DNA of 64,000 bases, taken from Candidatus Eiseniibacteriota bacterium. GTDB taxonomy: Bacteria; Eisenbacteria; RBG-16-71-46. Below, piece by piece: positions 34,229 through 44,800 of this stretch; the stretch's first letter is position 1, and each line of letters opens with the position of its first letter. The position numbers and the translations under genes were made by a program. The notes under the pieces are model-generated. The model was not told the DNA's origin, did no database searches, and saw nothing but the letters and a program-made list of their open reading frames with translations. The DNA is taken from contig CAVSAC010000012.1 in NCBI GenBank assembly GCA_963725865.1, positions 640,001 through 704,000 on the forward strand. Reading direction: 5' to 3'.

Positions 34229-37200
34229 ATGAGCGCACCCATCCCGCGGCAGGCCCGTTCCGTGGTGCAGCGCGTGCTCGCCGCGGGGTTGCTGACCGTG
34301 GCGATGTCGGAGTGGTGCGCGGGCGTGGCGCGGCCGCAGAGCGCCCGCACCGACTTCTACGTCACGAACGGGACCGTGTTCGCCGAAGCCCTGTCGGGGA
34401 GCACGCTCTTCGTCGGGGGCAGCTTCAGCCGGGTGGGTCCGCCGACCGGCTCCGGCGTACCGCTGGCGGCCGCCTCCGGCGCCCCGCTCGACGGATTTCC
34501 CAGAGTCCTCGGGCAGGTAAACGTGGTCGCCTCCGACGGCGCGGGCGGATGGTTCATCGCAGGAGCGTTCACTTCGGTGGGCGGCGTCGCGCGCTCGAAC
34601 CTCGCGCACGTCCTGGCCGACCAATCGGTGTCCGGGTGGGACCCGGGCGCGAACAACGCCGTGCGCGCCCTGGTCGTCAGCGGCGGCACCGTATACGTCG
34701 GCGGCGACTTCACCATCGTGGGCGGGCAATCTCGAGCGAGTATCGCGGCGCTCGATTCCGCCACCGGACTCGCCACTGCCTGGGACCCGAGTGCGAACGG
34801 CAGCGTCCAGAGTCTCGCGCGAAGTGGCGAGACCGTGTACGCGGGCGGGCAGTTCACCACCATCGGCGGTCAGACGCGCAGACGCATCGCGGCGCTCGAT
34901 GCGACGACCGGCCTCGCCTCGGGCTGGGACCCCGGCGCCGACGGCACCGTTCGTGCGCTCGCCCTGGACGGCGGGACGATCTACGCCGGCGGCTTCTTCA
35001 GCAGCATCGGGGGACAGACGCGCAACAACCTCGCAGCGCTGGACTCGACCACTGGTCAATCCACCGCGTGGAATCCGGGCAGCAACGGACAGGTCGCGGC
35101 TCTGGCGATGGACGGTGCGACGCTGTACGCGGGCGGCAGCTTCACCACCATCGGCAGGCAGCCCCGCAACCGAATCGCCGCGCTGGACCGAGCGAGTGGT
35201 CAGCCCACGGGATGGAATCCGAACGCGAGCGCCCAGGTGCTGGTCGTGGTCGCGAGCGATGGCGTGGTGTACGCGGGCGGCGACTTCCAGGTCATCGGTG
35301 GCCAGCTCCGCAGCCAGCTCGCTGCGGTGGACACCGCCACCGGCCAGGCCACCGCCTGGGATCCGAGCGCCTACGGAACGGTCACCGCGCTGGCGGCGAG
35401 CGACGGTGTCGTGTACGCGGGCGGGAGCTTCGCCGGGATGGGCGGACTGCTCCGGAACAACCTCGCCGCCTTCGACGTGTCGAGCGGAGCGGTCACCTCA
35501 TGGGATCCCAACGCCGACGGCCAGGTCTCCGCACTCGCCGCGGGGCCCAACGCGGTGTACGCGGGCGGCCTCTTCGCCAGCGTCGGCGGCCAGCCGCGCA
35601 GCTACCTCGCGGCGCTGGGTCCCGCGAGTGGGCTCGCCACCACGTGGAATCCGAACGCGGACGGCCAGATCCTCGCGCTCCACGTGAGCAACGGGGCGGT
35701 GTACGCGGGCGGACTCTTCGGCAGCCTCGGAGGGCAGCCGCGGTCGTCGCTCGCGGCGGTGGACGCCGCGAGCGGCCTCGCCACCTCCTGGAACCCGAAC
35801 GTCGACGGCCTGGTCTATGTGCTCGACGTGATCGGGGGGACACTCTACGCCGGCGGCAGCTTCAGCGAGGTGGGAGGGCAGGCCCGGAACAACCTCGCGG
35901 CCGTGGACCTCGCCACCGGCACTCCAACGTCCTGGAATCCGAATCCCAACGGCACGGTGCGATCGCTCGAACTGGGCTGCGGGACGGTCTACGCGGGAGG
36001 CTTCTTCACCACGATCGGCGGGCAGGCCCGCACCAGCCTCGCGGCGCTCGACGCCACCAGCGGGCTCGCGTCGACCTGGAACCCGACCGCCAACGGTCCC
36101 GTGTTCGCGCTCCTGCTCGACGATGGAAAGGTGTACGTGGGCGGTGTGTTCAATCTCGTGGGTGGGCAGTCGCGCAATCGGATCGCGGCGCTCGATCCCG
36201 GCAGCGGGCAGGCGACCGCATGGAACCCCAACTCGAACGGCACGATCCGCGCGCTGGTGGCGGCAAGCGGATCGGTCTACGCCGGTGGGGCGTTCGGAGC
36301 GATCGGCGGCGCGCGGGTCGCCAATCTCGCGGCGATCTCGGCCGACCCCAGCCTGACCTGTCCGCTCGTGGTCCTCGCACCGCCTACGCTGCCGGCGGGA
36401 GTGAAGGACGTCGCCTACGCGCAGACCCTCGCGGCGAGCGGAGGTGGTGCGCCGTACTGCTACGCGGTGACCGGCGGCCGCCTGCCCGACGGGCTCGCGC
36501 TCGACCCGGCGACCGGCAGGATCGAGGGCGTGCCCACGGTGGCGGGGGCCTTCCCGTTCTCGGTGGGCGTCACCGACGCACGCAACTGCACGGGGTCCGC
36601 GACCTATGTCCTGAGCATCTTCCACTCCCCGGCCCAGTCCTTCGTGGTCGCGAACACCAACGGGCTCTGCATCTCGAGCGCGCATCCCTGCGTGAGCGTG
36701 CCCTTCGAGTACCAGCGCTCGGACAGCGTTCCGGCGCGCGCCATGAGCGTGACGTTCCAGATCGACGTGACGAAGTGCTCGCTCTGCACGCCGGGAACAC
36801 CCGCACAGAGCATCCACGCCGGCTCGTGGCTCGCGGATTTCGATCGGTCCTTCCAGGTGGTCGACCTGGGCGGCGGAGCGTACAAGGTCGACCAGACCAT
36901 CCTGGGCTTCCCGTGCGGTACGACTGGCGGCGGCCAGGTCTTCAGCGTGGACGTGAAGTCGGTGGACGGTGACGGCGGCGGTGCCATCACCGTCACGGCG
37001 GTCAGCGTCCGCGACTGCAACAACGACGCGATCGCGGCGGTGCCGGGACCTGCGGACACCCTGGCGATCCTCAACACGCCGATCGCCATCCTGCCCGACA
37101 CGTTGCCGTCGGCCACGACTGGCGTGCCTTACAGCCAGGTGCTCACGGCCGGCGCGGGCGTGGGGCCGTTTTCCTTCGCGCTCACCGCGGGCTCGCTGCC

Positions 37201-39379
37201 GCCCGGGCTCGCGCTCTCCACGAGCGGCGTGTTGTCGGGCACACCGATGGCGCCCGACGTCTCCCCGTTCACGGTCGCGGTCTCCGACTCGCGGGGATGT
37301 CCCGGCAGCCGCGCGTACAGCCTCGCCGTCACCTGCGCTCCCATCGCGCTCCGGCCCACGGCGCTGCCCGGGGGCGTCGTCGGGATCCCCTACGGCCAGA
37401 CGCTCGCGGCCCTTGCCGGCCGGCCGCCGTACGCGTTCGCGCTGCTGAGTGGTGCGCTCCCGCACGGTCTGACGCTGGCGAGCGACGGAACGCTCTCCGG
37501 CTCGCCCGACTCGAGCGCGAGCTGTGTCATCCTGGTCGGCGTCACCGACGCGAACGGCTGTACCGGCAGCCGGAGCTACCTGGTGAACATCTTCGCCACC
37601 CTGCCCGAGTCGTTCGTGACGGCGAACACCAGCGGGCTCTGCGTCACTCCGACGAACCCCTGCGTCACCGTGCCGTTCGTGTTCGTCCGGGCGGACACTC
37701 TGCCGGCGCGCGCGATGAGCGTGCTCTTCCAGCTCGACGAGTCGAAGCTGACGCTCTGCACGCCGACCAATCCCGCGGCCAGCATCCACCCCGGCCCGTG
37801 GCTCGCTGGCTTCGACCGCAGCTTCCATGTGGTGGACAACGGCGGTGGCTCGTACACGGTGGATCAGGTCATCCTGGGCACCACGTGCGGCGCCACGGGC
37901 GGCGGGCCGATCTTCACGGTGGACCTCAAGGCGATCGGCGACGACGGCGACGGGACCATCACCGTGGCGGCGGTCGGCGTGCGCGACTGCGACAACGCGC
38001 CGATCCCGGCCGCGGCGGGCGCACCGGCCGAGCTCACGATCGACAATCTCGGACCCGCGGCGATCACCGACCTGGCCAGCACTCCGGGCACGCCGGCCAG
38101 CGATTCGAGCGGGACCATCGACGTTCGTCTCACTTGGTCCACGGGCGGCGTCGGAAGCGTGAGCCTCTATCGCGCTCCCTTCGGCTCGTACCCCGAGTAC
38201 GACGACGACATGCAGGTGGTGCCGCCGACCCCGCAGACGGCTCCGGGGCCGCCCTGGTCACTGGTCGTGACGGACGCGACACCGGGCTACCTCGACCACG
38301 GGGCGTCGCGCGGGTATTGGCACTACGTGGCGATCGTGACCGACCCTTGTGGGGTGCGCTCGATCGTCTCGAACATGCCTGCCGGCGTGCTGAATTACTA
38401 CCTCGGCGACGTCTGCGACGGCCGCACTCAGGGGCAGGGTGACAACCGCGTGAGCACTGAAGACGTCTCGCTGTTGGGCGCGAATTACGGCATTGGGGAC
38501 GCGGAGATCACGGCGCGCCACGTGGAGTTCCTGGATTTCGGGCCGACGACGGATGGTCTGCCGCGCTCGCGGCCGACGCCCGACGACCAGATCGACATCG
38601 AGGATCTGATGATCCTCGCCACCAGCTATCCGGGCTCCACGGGCCCCGAGCCGGGGATCCGCCGCGCGAGCGCGCGCAGCGACCGCGCGCAGCCAGCGTC
38701 CGCACGGGACGAGTTCTTCGTCACCGCCCCCTCGCAGGTCGAGGAGGGGCAGATCGTAAGCGCCGACCTGTGGCTGCGAGGGTCCGGCCGCATGCAGGGC
38801 TTCTCGGTCCGCGTCGGCTGGGATCCGGCGGTGGTCCAGCCCATCGGGATGCATTCGAGCCAGCTCATCGAGGCCCAGGGGGGAGTGGTGCTCTCCCCTC
38901 GAGCGGGTACCGTGGACGCCGCGCTGTTGGGCGTGAGGGAGCAAGGCATGACCGGTGACAGCGTGGTCGCGACGGTCGCCTTCCAGGCGCTGAAGGCCGG
39001 TCTCCCTGGATTCCACGTGGCGAGTGTCGTGGCCCGTGACTCGGCGAATGGTCCGCTCGACGCGGGCGCGGTCCTCTCGGCGGCGCGTCCGGTTCCGCCC
39101 GCTGCGACGCTGCTGCTCGCTCCACTGCCCAACCCCTTCCGCGGCGAGGTGACGCTGACGTTCGGCCTGGCTCGGTCCGGCCCGATCGTGCTGGAGGTGT
39201 ACTCGGTGGACGGGCGGAAGGTCCGGACGCTGGCGAGTGGGCAGCGCGAGGCCGGGATCTACCACATCGGCTGGAATGGCACGGATGACGCACGCCGTTC
39301 GATCTCGCCCGGGGTGTACTACGCACGCCTGACGGCGGCGGGGCACACGTTCACGAAGCGCTTGGTCTATCTGAGGTAA
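34229..39379 (+). CDS. Giant secreted modular protein A: ~14 48-aa propeller repeats, 3 He_PIG-like Ig, 2 Cys-paired cohesin-like domains, YPEYD domain, dockerin-like, cohesin-like, FlgD-Ig
   Basis: ATG follows GAGGA. Signal peptide, W(D/N)P.A.G.V.ALA..G..VYAGG.F..IGGQ.R..LAA repeats at 144-bp spacing, LP.G..G..Y.QTL units, and the shared C-terminal cassette. Confidence 0.85.
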   Translation: MSAPIPRQARSVVQRVLAAGLLTVAMSEWCAGVARPQSARTDFYVTNGTVFAEALSGSTLFVGGSFSRVGPPTGSGVPLAAASGAPLDGFPRVLGQVNVVASDGAGGWFIAGAFTSVGGVARSNLAHVLADQSVSGWDPGANNAVRALVVSGGTVYVGGDFTIVGGQSRASIAALDSATGLATAWDPSANGSVQSLARSGETVYAGGQFTTIGGQTRRRIAALDATTGLASGWDPGADGTVRALALDGGTIYAGGFFSSIGGQTRNNLAALDSTTGQSTAWNPGSNGQVAALAMDGATLYAGGSFTTIGRQPRNRIAALDRASGQPTGWNPNASAQVLVVVASDGVVYAGGDFQVIGGQLRSQLAAVDTATGQATAWDPSAYGTVTALAASDGVVYAGGSFAGMGGLLRNNLAAFDVSSGAVTSWDPNADGQVSALAAGPNAVYAGGLFASVGGQPRSYLAALGPASGLATTWNPNADGQILALHVSNGAVYAGGLFGSLGGQPRSSLAAVDAASGLATSWNPNVDGLVYVLDVIGGTLYAGGSFSEVGGQARNNLAAVDLATGTPTSWNPNPNGTVRSLELGCGTVYAGGFFTTIGGQARTSLAALDATSGLASTWNPTANGPVFALLLDDGKVYVGGVFNLVGGQSRNRIAALDPGSGQATAWNPNSNGTIRALVAASGSVYAGGAFGAIGGARVANLAAISADPSLTCPLVVLAPPTLPAGVKDVAYAQTLAASGGGAPYCYAVTGGRLPDGLALDPATGRIEGVPTVAGAFPFSVGVTDARNCTGSATYVLSIFHSPAQSFVVANTNGLCISSAHPCVSVPFEYQRSDSVPARAMSVTFQIDVTKCSLCTPGTPAQSIHAGSWLADFDRSFQVVDLGGGAYKVDQTILGFPCGTTGGGQVFSVDVKSVDGDGGGAITVTAVSVRDCNNDAIAAVPGPADTLAILNTPIAILPDTLPSATTGVPYSQVLTAGAGVGPFSFALTAGSLPPGLALSTSGVLSGTPMAPDVSPFTVAVSDSRGCPGSRAYSLAVTCAPIALRPTALPGGVVGIPYGQTLAALAGRPPYAFALLSGALPHGLTLASDGTLSGSPDSSASCVILVGVTDANGCTGSRSYLVNIFATLPESFVTANTSGLCVTPTNPCVTVPFVFVRADTLPARAMSVLFQLDESKLTLCTPTNPAASIHPGPWLAGFDRSFHVVDNGGGSYTVDQVILGTTCGATGGGPIFTVDLKAIGDDGDGTITVAAVGVRDCDNAPIPAAAGAPAELTIDNLGPAAITDLASTPGTPASDSSGTIDVRLTWSTGGVGSVSLYRAPFGSYPEYDDDMQVVPPTPQTAPGPPWSLVVTDATPGYLDHGASRGYWHYVAIVTDPCGVRSIVSNMPAGVLNYYLGDVCDGRTQGQGDNRVSTEDVSLLGANYGIGDAEITARHVEFLDFGPTTDGLPRSRPTPDDQIDIEDLMILATSYPGSTGPEPGIRRASARSDRAQPASARDEFFVTAPSQVEEGQIVSADLWLRGSGRMQGFSVRVGWDPAVVQPIGMHSSQLIEAQGGVVLSPRAGTVDAALLGVREQGMTGDSVVATVAFQALKAGLPGFHVASVVARDSANGPLDAGAVLSAARPVPPAATLLLAPLPNPFRGEVTLTFGLARSGPIVLEVYSVDGRKVRTLASGQREAGIYHIGWNGTDDARRSISPGVYYARLTAAGHTFTKRLVYLR

Positions 39380-39467
39380 GGGCCCGGCCGATCGGTGCGC
39401 CGCAAGTTCCATACGATCGCTCGTCCATGATCTCCTGGCGACTCCTTCAGCGAAGTTCATTCCGGCG

Positions 39468-41630
39468 ATGAGGAACGCGCCGGGAAGACCGTCTCGTGCC
39501 ACCGCGGCCGCCCACGGCGCCGCCGAGCCCGGTCTCGTGAGCGCGGGCGCGCCGATGCATGAGGCGGTCGGACTATCGCCGCAACTCGGCAACGTCGTGG
39601 CCATCGCAGTGCGGGTGGCGCTCGCATTCGCGGTCCTCGGCTTCTCCCCATGGAGTCTCGTCGAGTCGTTCGAAGTCCCGAAGATCGCACTCGTGCGGGC
39701 GGTGGGGCTGGGCGTCCTCACCTTGGCGCTGGTGGCGCGCCGGGCCTGGTCGGCGGTGCGCTGGAACGTCGTGGACCTGGCGGTGCTGGCGTGGCTCGCG
39801 GTCGAGATCGCGGCCACGGCTTTCTCGGTCTCGCCGCGCATCAGCGTGCTGGGCTCGCCGTGGCAGCACGAGGGCCTGCTCACCTCGGTGGCGCTGGCCG
39901 GGATCTACGTGGGGCTGCGCTTCTCGCACCGCTTCCTCGCCGCCTTCCGCCCGACGCTCGCCGTGTTCCTGGCGGCCGCGGCCGTGGCGTGCCTGTATGC
40001 ACTGGCGCAGGTGGTCCATCTCGACCCGATGCCCTGGACCCGCACTGCCGCTTACGCCGGCGGCTACGTGCGTCCCTTCGGCACGCTCGGGCACCCCAAC
40101 CTGCTCGGGGAGATCGGGGCGCTCGCGTGTGCGGCGGCGACGGCACTCGGGTTGGCTGAGCGTCGGCGCCGTTGGGCTTTGGCGTTCGTGGTGCTCGTCG
40201 GCGCGGGTGCAGCCGTCGCCTCGCTGTCGCGTGCTGCGTGGATCGCGCTGCCCCTCGGGACGGTGCTCGCGGGCGTGCTCGCATGGAGCGAGACAGAAAC
40301 TCGGCGGATCTCCCGATGGGCGGTGGTGATCGGTGGTGGCCTGACGGCCCTGCTCGCTGTGGCGCTGGCCGCCAGCAGTGGAGGCCGGCTGTTGGCGGCG
40401 CGGGCCGCCGAGATGCTGTCGAGCACGACCGGCTCGGGCGCGAGCCGGGTCGAGATCTGGCGCGCGGCGCTCGCCGCTTGGCGGGGGCGTCCCTGGCTCG
40501 GTCACGGACCGGATACCTTCGAGCTGGTGTATCCCCGCTTCCAGACCCCAGCCTACTGGCGACTCGAGTGGCTGGGCACGCCGTTCCACGCGCACTCGAT
40601 CGTGCTCCACACGCTCAGCACCCGGGGGACGCTGGGGTTGCTCGCCGCAGTGTTCGTGGCCGTGGCGATGGCCTGGGCCTGGTGGCGCGCAAGCCGCGGA
40701 CGCGGGGATGGGCGCGCGCTGCGGGCCTCGTTGGTGAGCGCGACGGTGACCGTCGTGGTGTGTGGGCTGTTTGGCGCGATCGGGATCAGTGGCGCGTTCG
40801 TGCTCGTGCTGACGGCCGCGTTCCTGGCGGCGACGCTCGAGGGCGTCCCCGGGGGCGCGGCGCGCTCGGCCCGACTCCCGGCAGAGCACCGGCCCTCGAA
40901 GGCGACACGCTCACACCGAAGGCCGAAGGGGCGGCTGACGCCGGTCTACTGGCTCGCGGCCGGCTGCGGACTTGCGGTCTCGCTTCTCGTGGCCTGGGGG
41001 GAGTGGATCGACCTCAGAGCCGCTTACTTCGCCCGCGGTGCCGACACCCTCGCGTCGAACGCGCCGGCCGAGGCCGTCCTCGCCGCTCGCCTCGCCACCC
41101 GGACTATGCCATTCGAGGACCTCTACGAGCGCTACCACGTCGATGCCCTGAGGGCACTCATCGCGAAGGCTCCGGGACGCGGCGCGCTGCTCGACGAGGC
41201 GGAGCGGGCGGCCCGCCGCGCCGTGGCCCTCACCGCGCGGCGGCCGGGCTGCCACCTCAGGCTGGTCGCCGTGTACGCGGACCGCGCCGAGCTCGGGGAT
41301 TCCTCCGCGGTGGCTCTGATGGAGGCTGCATCTCGCAGTGTGCTGAAGCTCGCTCCCGTGGATGTGATGGCGCGCGTCATCTTCGCGCAGACGGAGCTGC
41401 GTCTCGGGCGGCCGAGCGAGGCGCTTGGTTTGGCAGGGGAGGCCGCGCGGATCGACTCGACCTGGGCACCACCGTACGCCATCATCGCCCAGGCGCGCAT
41501 CGGCCTGGGCGATCTCGCTGGTGCGCGCGCCGCGTTCGCGCGGTCCTTGAAGGCAGACTGGCGCGGGAACGCCGCGGCCCGTGCCGACGCAGAGCAGCAG
41601 TGGCGGTCAGTGGGGGCCACCGCGCGCTGA
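39468..41630 (+). CDS. O-antigen ligase / O-oligosaccharyltransferase-like (Wzy_C) membrane protein with C-terminal TPR-like helices
   Basis: About 12 TM segments with motifs RPFGTLGHPNLLG, SLSRAAWI, SRVEIWRAAL...PWLGHGPDTF and HAHS, plus an Ala-rich helical tail. The start is uncertain (39468 or 39555). Confidence 0.85.
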   Translation: MRNAPGRPSRATAAAHGAAEPGLVSAGAPMHEAVGLSPQLGNVVAIAVRVALAFAVLGFSPWSLVESFEVPKIALVRAVGLGVLTLALVARRAWSAVRWNVVDLAVLAWLAVEIAATAFSVSPRISVLGSPWQHEGLLTSVALAGIYVGLRFSHRFLAAFRPTLAVFLAAAAVACLYALAQVVHLDPMPWTRTAAYAGGYVRPFGTLGHPNLLGEIGALACAAATALGLAERRRRWALAFVVLVGAGAAVASLSRAAWIALPLGTVLAGVLAWSETETRRISRWAVVIGGGLTALLAVALAASSGGRLLAARAAEMLSSTTGSGASRVEIWRAALAAWRGRPWLGHGPDTFELVYPRFQTPAYWRLEWLGTPFHAHSIVLHTLSTRGTLGLLAAVFVAVAMAWAWWRASRGRGDGRALRASLVSATVTVVVCGLFGAIGISGAFVLVLTAAFLAATLEGVPGGAARSARLPAEHRPSKATRSHRRPKGRLTPVYWLAAGCGLAVSLLVAWGEWIDLRAAYFARGADTLASNAPAEAVLAARLATRTMPFEDLYERYHVDALRALIAKAPGRGALLDEAERAARRAVALTARRPGCHLRLVAVYADRAELGDSSAVALMEAASRSVLKLAPVDVMARVIFAQTELRLGRPSEALGLAGEAARIDSTWAPPYAIIAQARIGLGDLAGARAAFARSLKADWRGNAAARADAEQQWRSVGATAR

Positions 41631-41816
41631 GCCGGCGATTGGCGACCCTGCCTGCACGGACGGTTGGGCTCGGGATCCACCGGGCGCCAATTCCCGTAGC
41701 CGAACCCGGGCGCCCACGCACCTGCAGTTGCGGCCCGACCCACCGGCGGGCCCGGCCTCTGCCAGGCCCGCCGTGGATCACGGAGCCGCCCCACCGGGAG
41801 GTGGCCCCGCCGTCGC

Positions 41817-44800
41817 TCAGTGCGCCAGCCGGATCAGCGTGCGCGTGAATCGCTCGCGACCCGCAGTCAATCGGGCGTAGTACATCCCGGCCACGACCTG
41901 GCGGCCCGAGTCATCCCGCCCATCCCAGGTGATCGGGTGAATGCCTGGCTCCTGGATGCCCCGCACGAGGGTGCGCACCCGCCGCCCATCGATGCCGAAC
42001 ACCGCCAGTTCGACCTCGCCGCGCGACGCCACGCCGAACTCCAGCGTCGTGCTGGAGGTGAACGGCGTGGGCCTTGCGGGAGCGAATTGCGTTCTGGCCG
42101 GCGAATCGCCCACCCCGACGGCATTCACCAACCGCACTTCCATCGGGTGGTTCTGGTGGTCGCGACCCTTGATCTCCACGACCTCGATCGCGGGATTGCC
42201 GGTCGCCAACGCGCGGTACGTCACGGTCGCGAACGCGCCGGCCCGGGAGAGCCCGGTCTCGTGGATGCCGAGCAACGCGCCGTCCACCGTGGTGAGGCCG
42301 ACGTGGAACAGGACACCGCCTTCGCCTTCGAAGAGGCCTTCGGAGACGATCGAGATGGGCAACGCAACCGCCGGGTTCCAGCCCAGCTTCACCGAGATGC
42401 CCTGCAGGAAGCCCGTGCCCTGCAGCCCGAGCACCACCCGGAAGGTCTCGCCGGCGGTGACCGTCGTCGGCGCCCATACGCCGAGCTGCTCGGCGTCACT
42501 CGACGTCGCCGCGGCGTCGGCCGGGCGTGCCGCGGACTGCGGCGCTGAAACCATGCCGTAGTTGAGCGAGAACATCATCAGGTCTTCGAAATCGATCCGG
42601 TTGTCGGTCATGGGCCGGGCGCTCACGGAGTAGTCCATCGTCGGGCCGACGTCCAGGCACTCCAGGCCGTCGTCGACCGGGAGCGTGGCGCCGTAGTGGC
42701 CGCCGAGCAGGCTCACGTCCGAGGTGGCCACCAGGTTGTCGCCCGCGCAGGCGACGGTGCCGTCACTGACGTCGCCCAGGTAGTAGTCGAGCGTGCCCAA
42801 GGTCATGTTGGACACGGGTGACGTGTTCCCGTACGCATCCTTGGATACGAGGACGTAGTACCAGAAGTCACGCGTCGGTGGCTCGTCCGTCTGACCCGAT
42901 GCGGTCACACCCGTCAGGGCCCAATTCGCGCTTGGCGGATAGGTCGGCAGGCCCGGGGCCGCGCCTGCGCTCTCGTCATACTGCGGATAGGCGCCGAATT
43001 TCGCCCGGTAGACCTCCACGCTCACCGCGTCCGCCGGGAGCGAGAACTCGAGCTGGATTGGTGTGGTGGCGCGCGCCGGCGGCGGCGGCACATGGTTGCC
43101 CGTCGTCACCTGCACCGCCACCAGATCCGCGGTCCGCGCGGGACCTGTCCGGTGGATGGGGATCGAGGCGGGTGGTCCCGGCACCACCTCGATCGGCTGG
43201 TTCGAACAGTCACGCGCGACCGCCGACTCGATCGTGATCGTGCCCGAGCCGTCCGATTCCGGGCTGGTCACGTCCACGGTGAACAGCGTGCCATCGCCGG
43301 TCACCCCACAGGGCGAACCGAGCGTGACGTCGTCGATGATCCAGCGATTGCCCGACGCGGGCGTGACGTGGAATGAGCGCGGCGCCAGCGGGTAGCCCCC
43401 GGACACGAACTCCGCGCCGCACAGCGCCAGATTGGAGCTCAACTGCACCGTGACACTGAAGCCCATCAGCGGCGTGGGATTCGTGCGCGTGATGACGACC
43501 GGGACGGTCACGCAGGGGTGGTCCTTCGTGATCATGGTCCCGCTCGCCGGCTGGGCGCTGACGACGTCCGCACTCACCGGCGCGAAGCTGGCGGCGATGG
43601 TGTGGGCGGCCTGCACGTCGGTGAAGGTGTAGCTGGTCACCGCACCGACCGAGCTGCCGTCCACCAGCACGTCACCGACGTGATAGCCGGGGCCAGCGGT
43701 GATGGTGAAGGTCCGGTTGGTGCCGCAGTCCACGGTCTGCGCCCCACTCGGGTCGATCGCGCCGCCCGCGCCGGCCGAGGCCGTGATGGTGTAGGTCCGG
43801 AGCGCGAAGCTGGCGGCGATGGTGTGGTCAGCGGTCACGTCGGTGAAGGTGTAGGTCGTGACCGGACCGACCGAGCCGCCGTCGACCTGCACGTCGGCGA
43901 TGGTGTAGCAGGCGCCCGGTGCGATGGTGAAGGCCTGACTGCCGTGGTCGACCACGCTGACGGCGCCGCCCGGGTTGATCGAGCCGCCCGCGCCGGCCGC
44001 GGCGGTGATGGTGTGGGTGACGCCCGCGCCGGCCAGCGCGGCGATCTCGCCCGCGCTCAGCGCCCGGCTGTAGACCCGAGCGTCGTCGATCGCGCCCTGC
44101 AGCATGTACTGCCCGTCGCTCTGGCTGCCGATCCCCACCGGGAGGTCGTTCGCGGCGATCGCGAAACTCTCGGCGCGTGCGGTGTCGAGGACGCCGTTGA
44201 CGTAGAGCTTGATGGTCGTGCCGTCGTAGGTGGCGGCGACGTGCGTCCAGGTGTTGCCGTCCGCCACGTACGGTTGAGTCGCGTTCAACCGGAAGGTGTT
44301 GCCGTTGGTCAGCTGGTTGAAGCGGACGAACGGCTTTCCGTTGGAGGAGGGCGGAGCCATCGCCAGCGAGATCTCGTAGCCGTCGGCCCCGCCGTTGTTG
44401 CCCTTGTGGATCAGATGCTGGGTCGCGACCCGCTCGGGTCTCACCCAGGTGGCGAGCGTGATCTGGTTCGTGATGTCCAGGCTCGGGCTGTCCGGCACGG
44501 TGCCGCGCTGGCTCGAGCCGTCCAGGTGCAGCGCGAGGTTCCCGACGCCGGTCACCCAAGTCGCGCCATTGGGCAGCGTGCCATCGTTGCCGTGTCCCGA
44601 GGCGTCCTGGATCGCAGTCCCGGTGCCCTCTTCGAAGGGCCACCAGGCCACCAGGTCACCGGGTACGACATCCGGCGCGAAGCTGGCGGCGATGGTGTGG
44701 GCGGCCTGCACGTCGGTGAAGGTGTAGCTGGTCACCGCACCGACCGAGCCGCCGTCCACCAGCACGTCACCGACGTGATGGCCGGGGCCAGCGGTGATGG

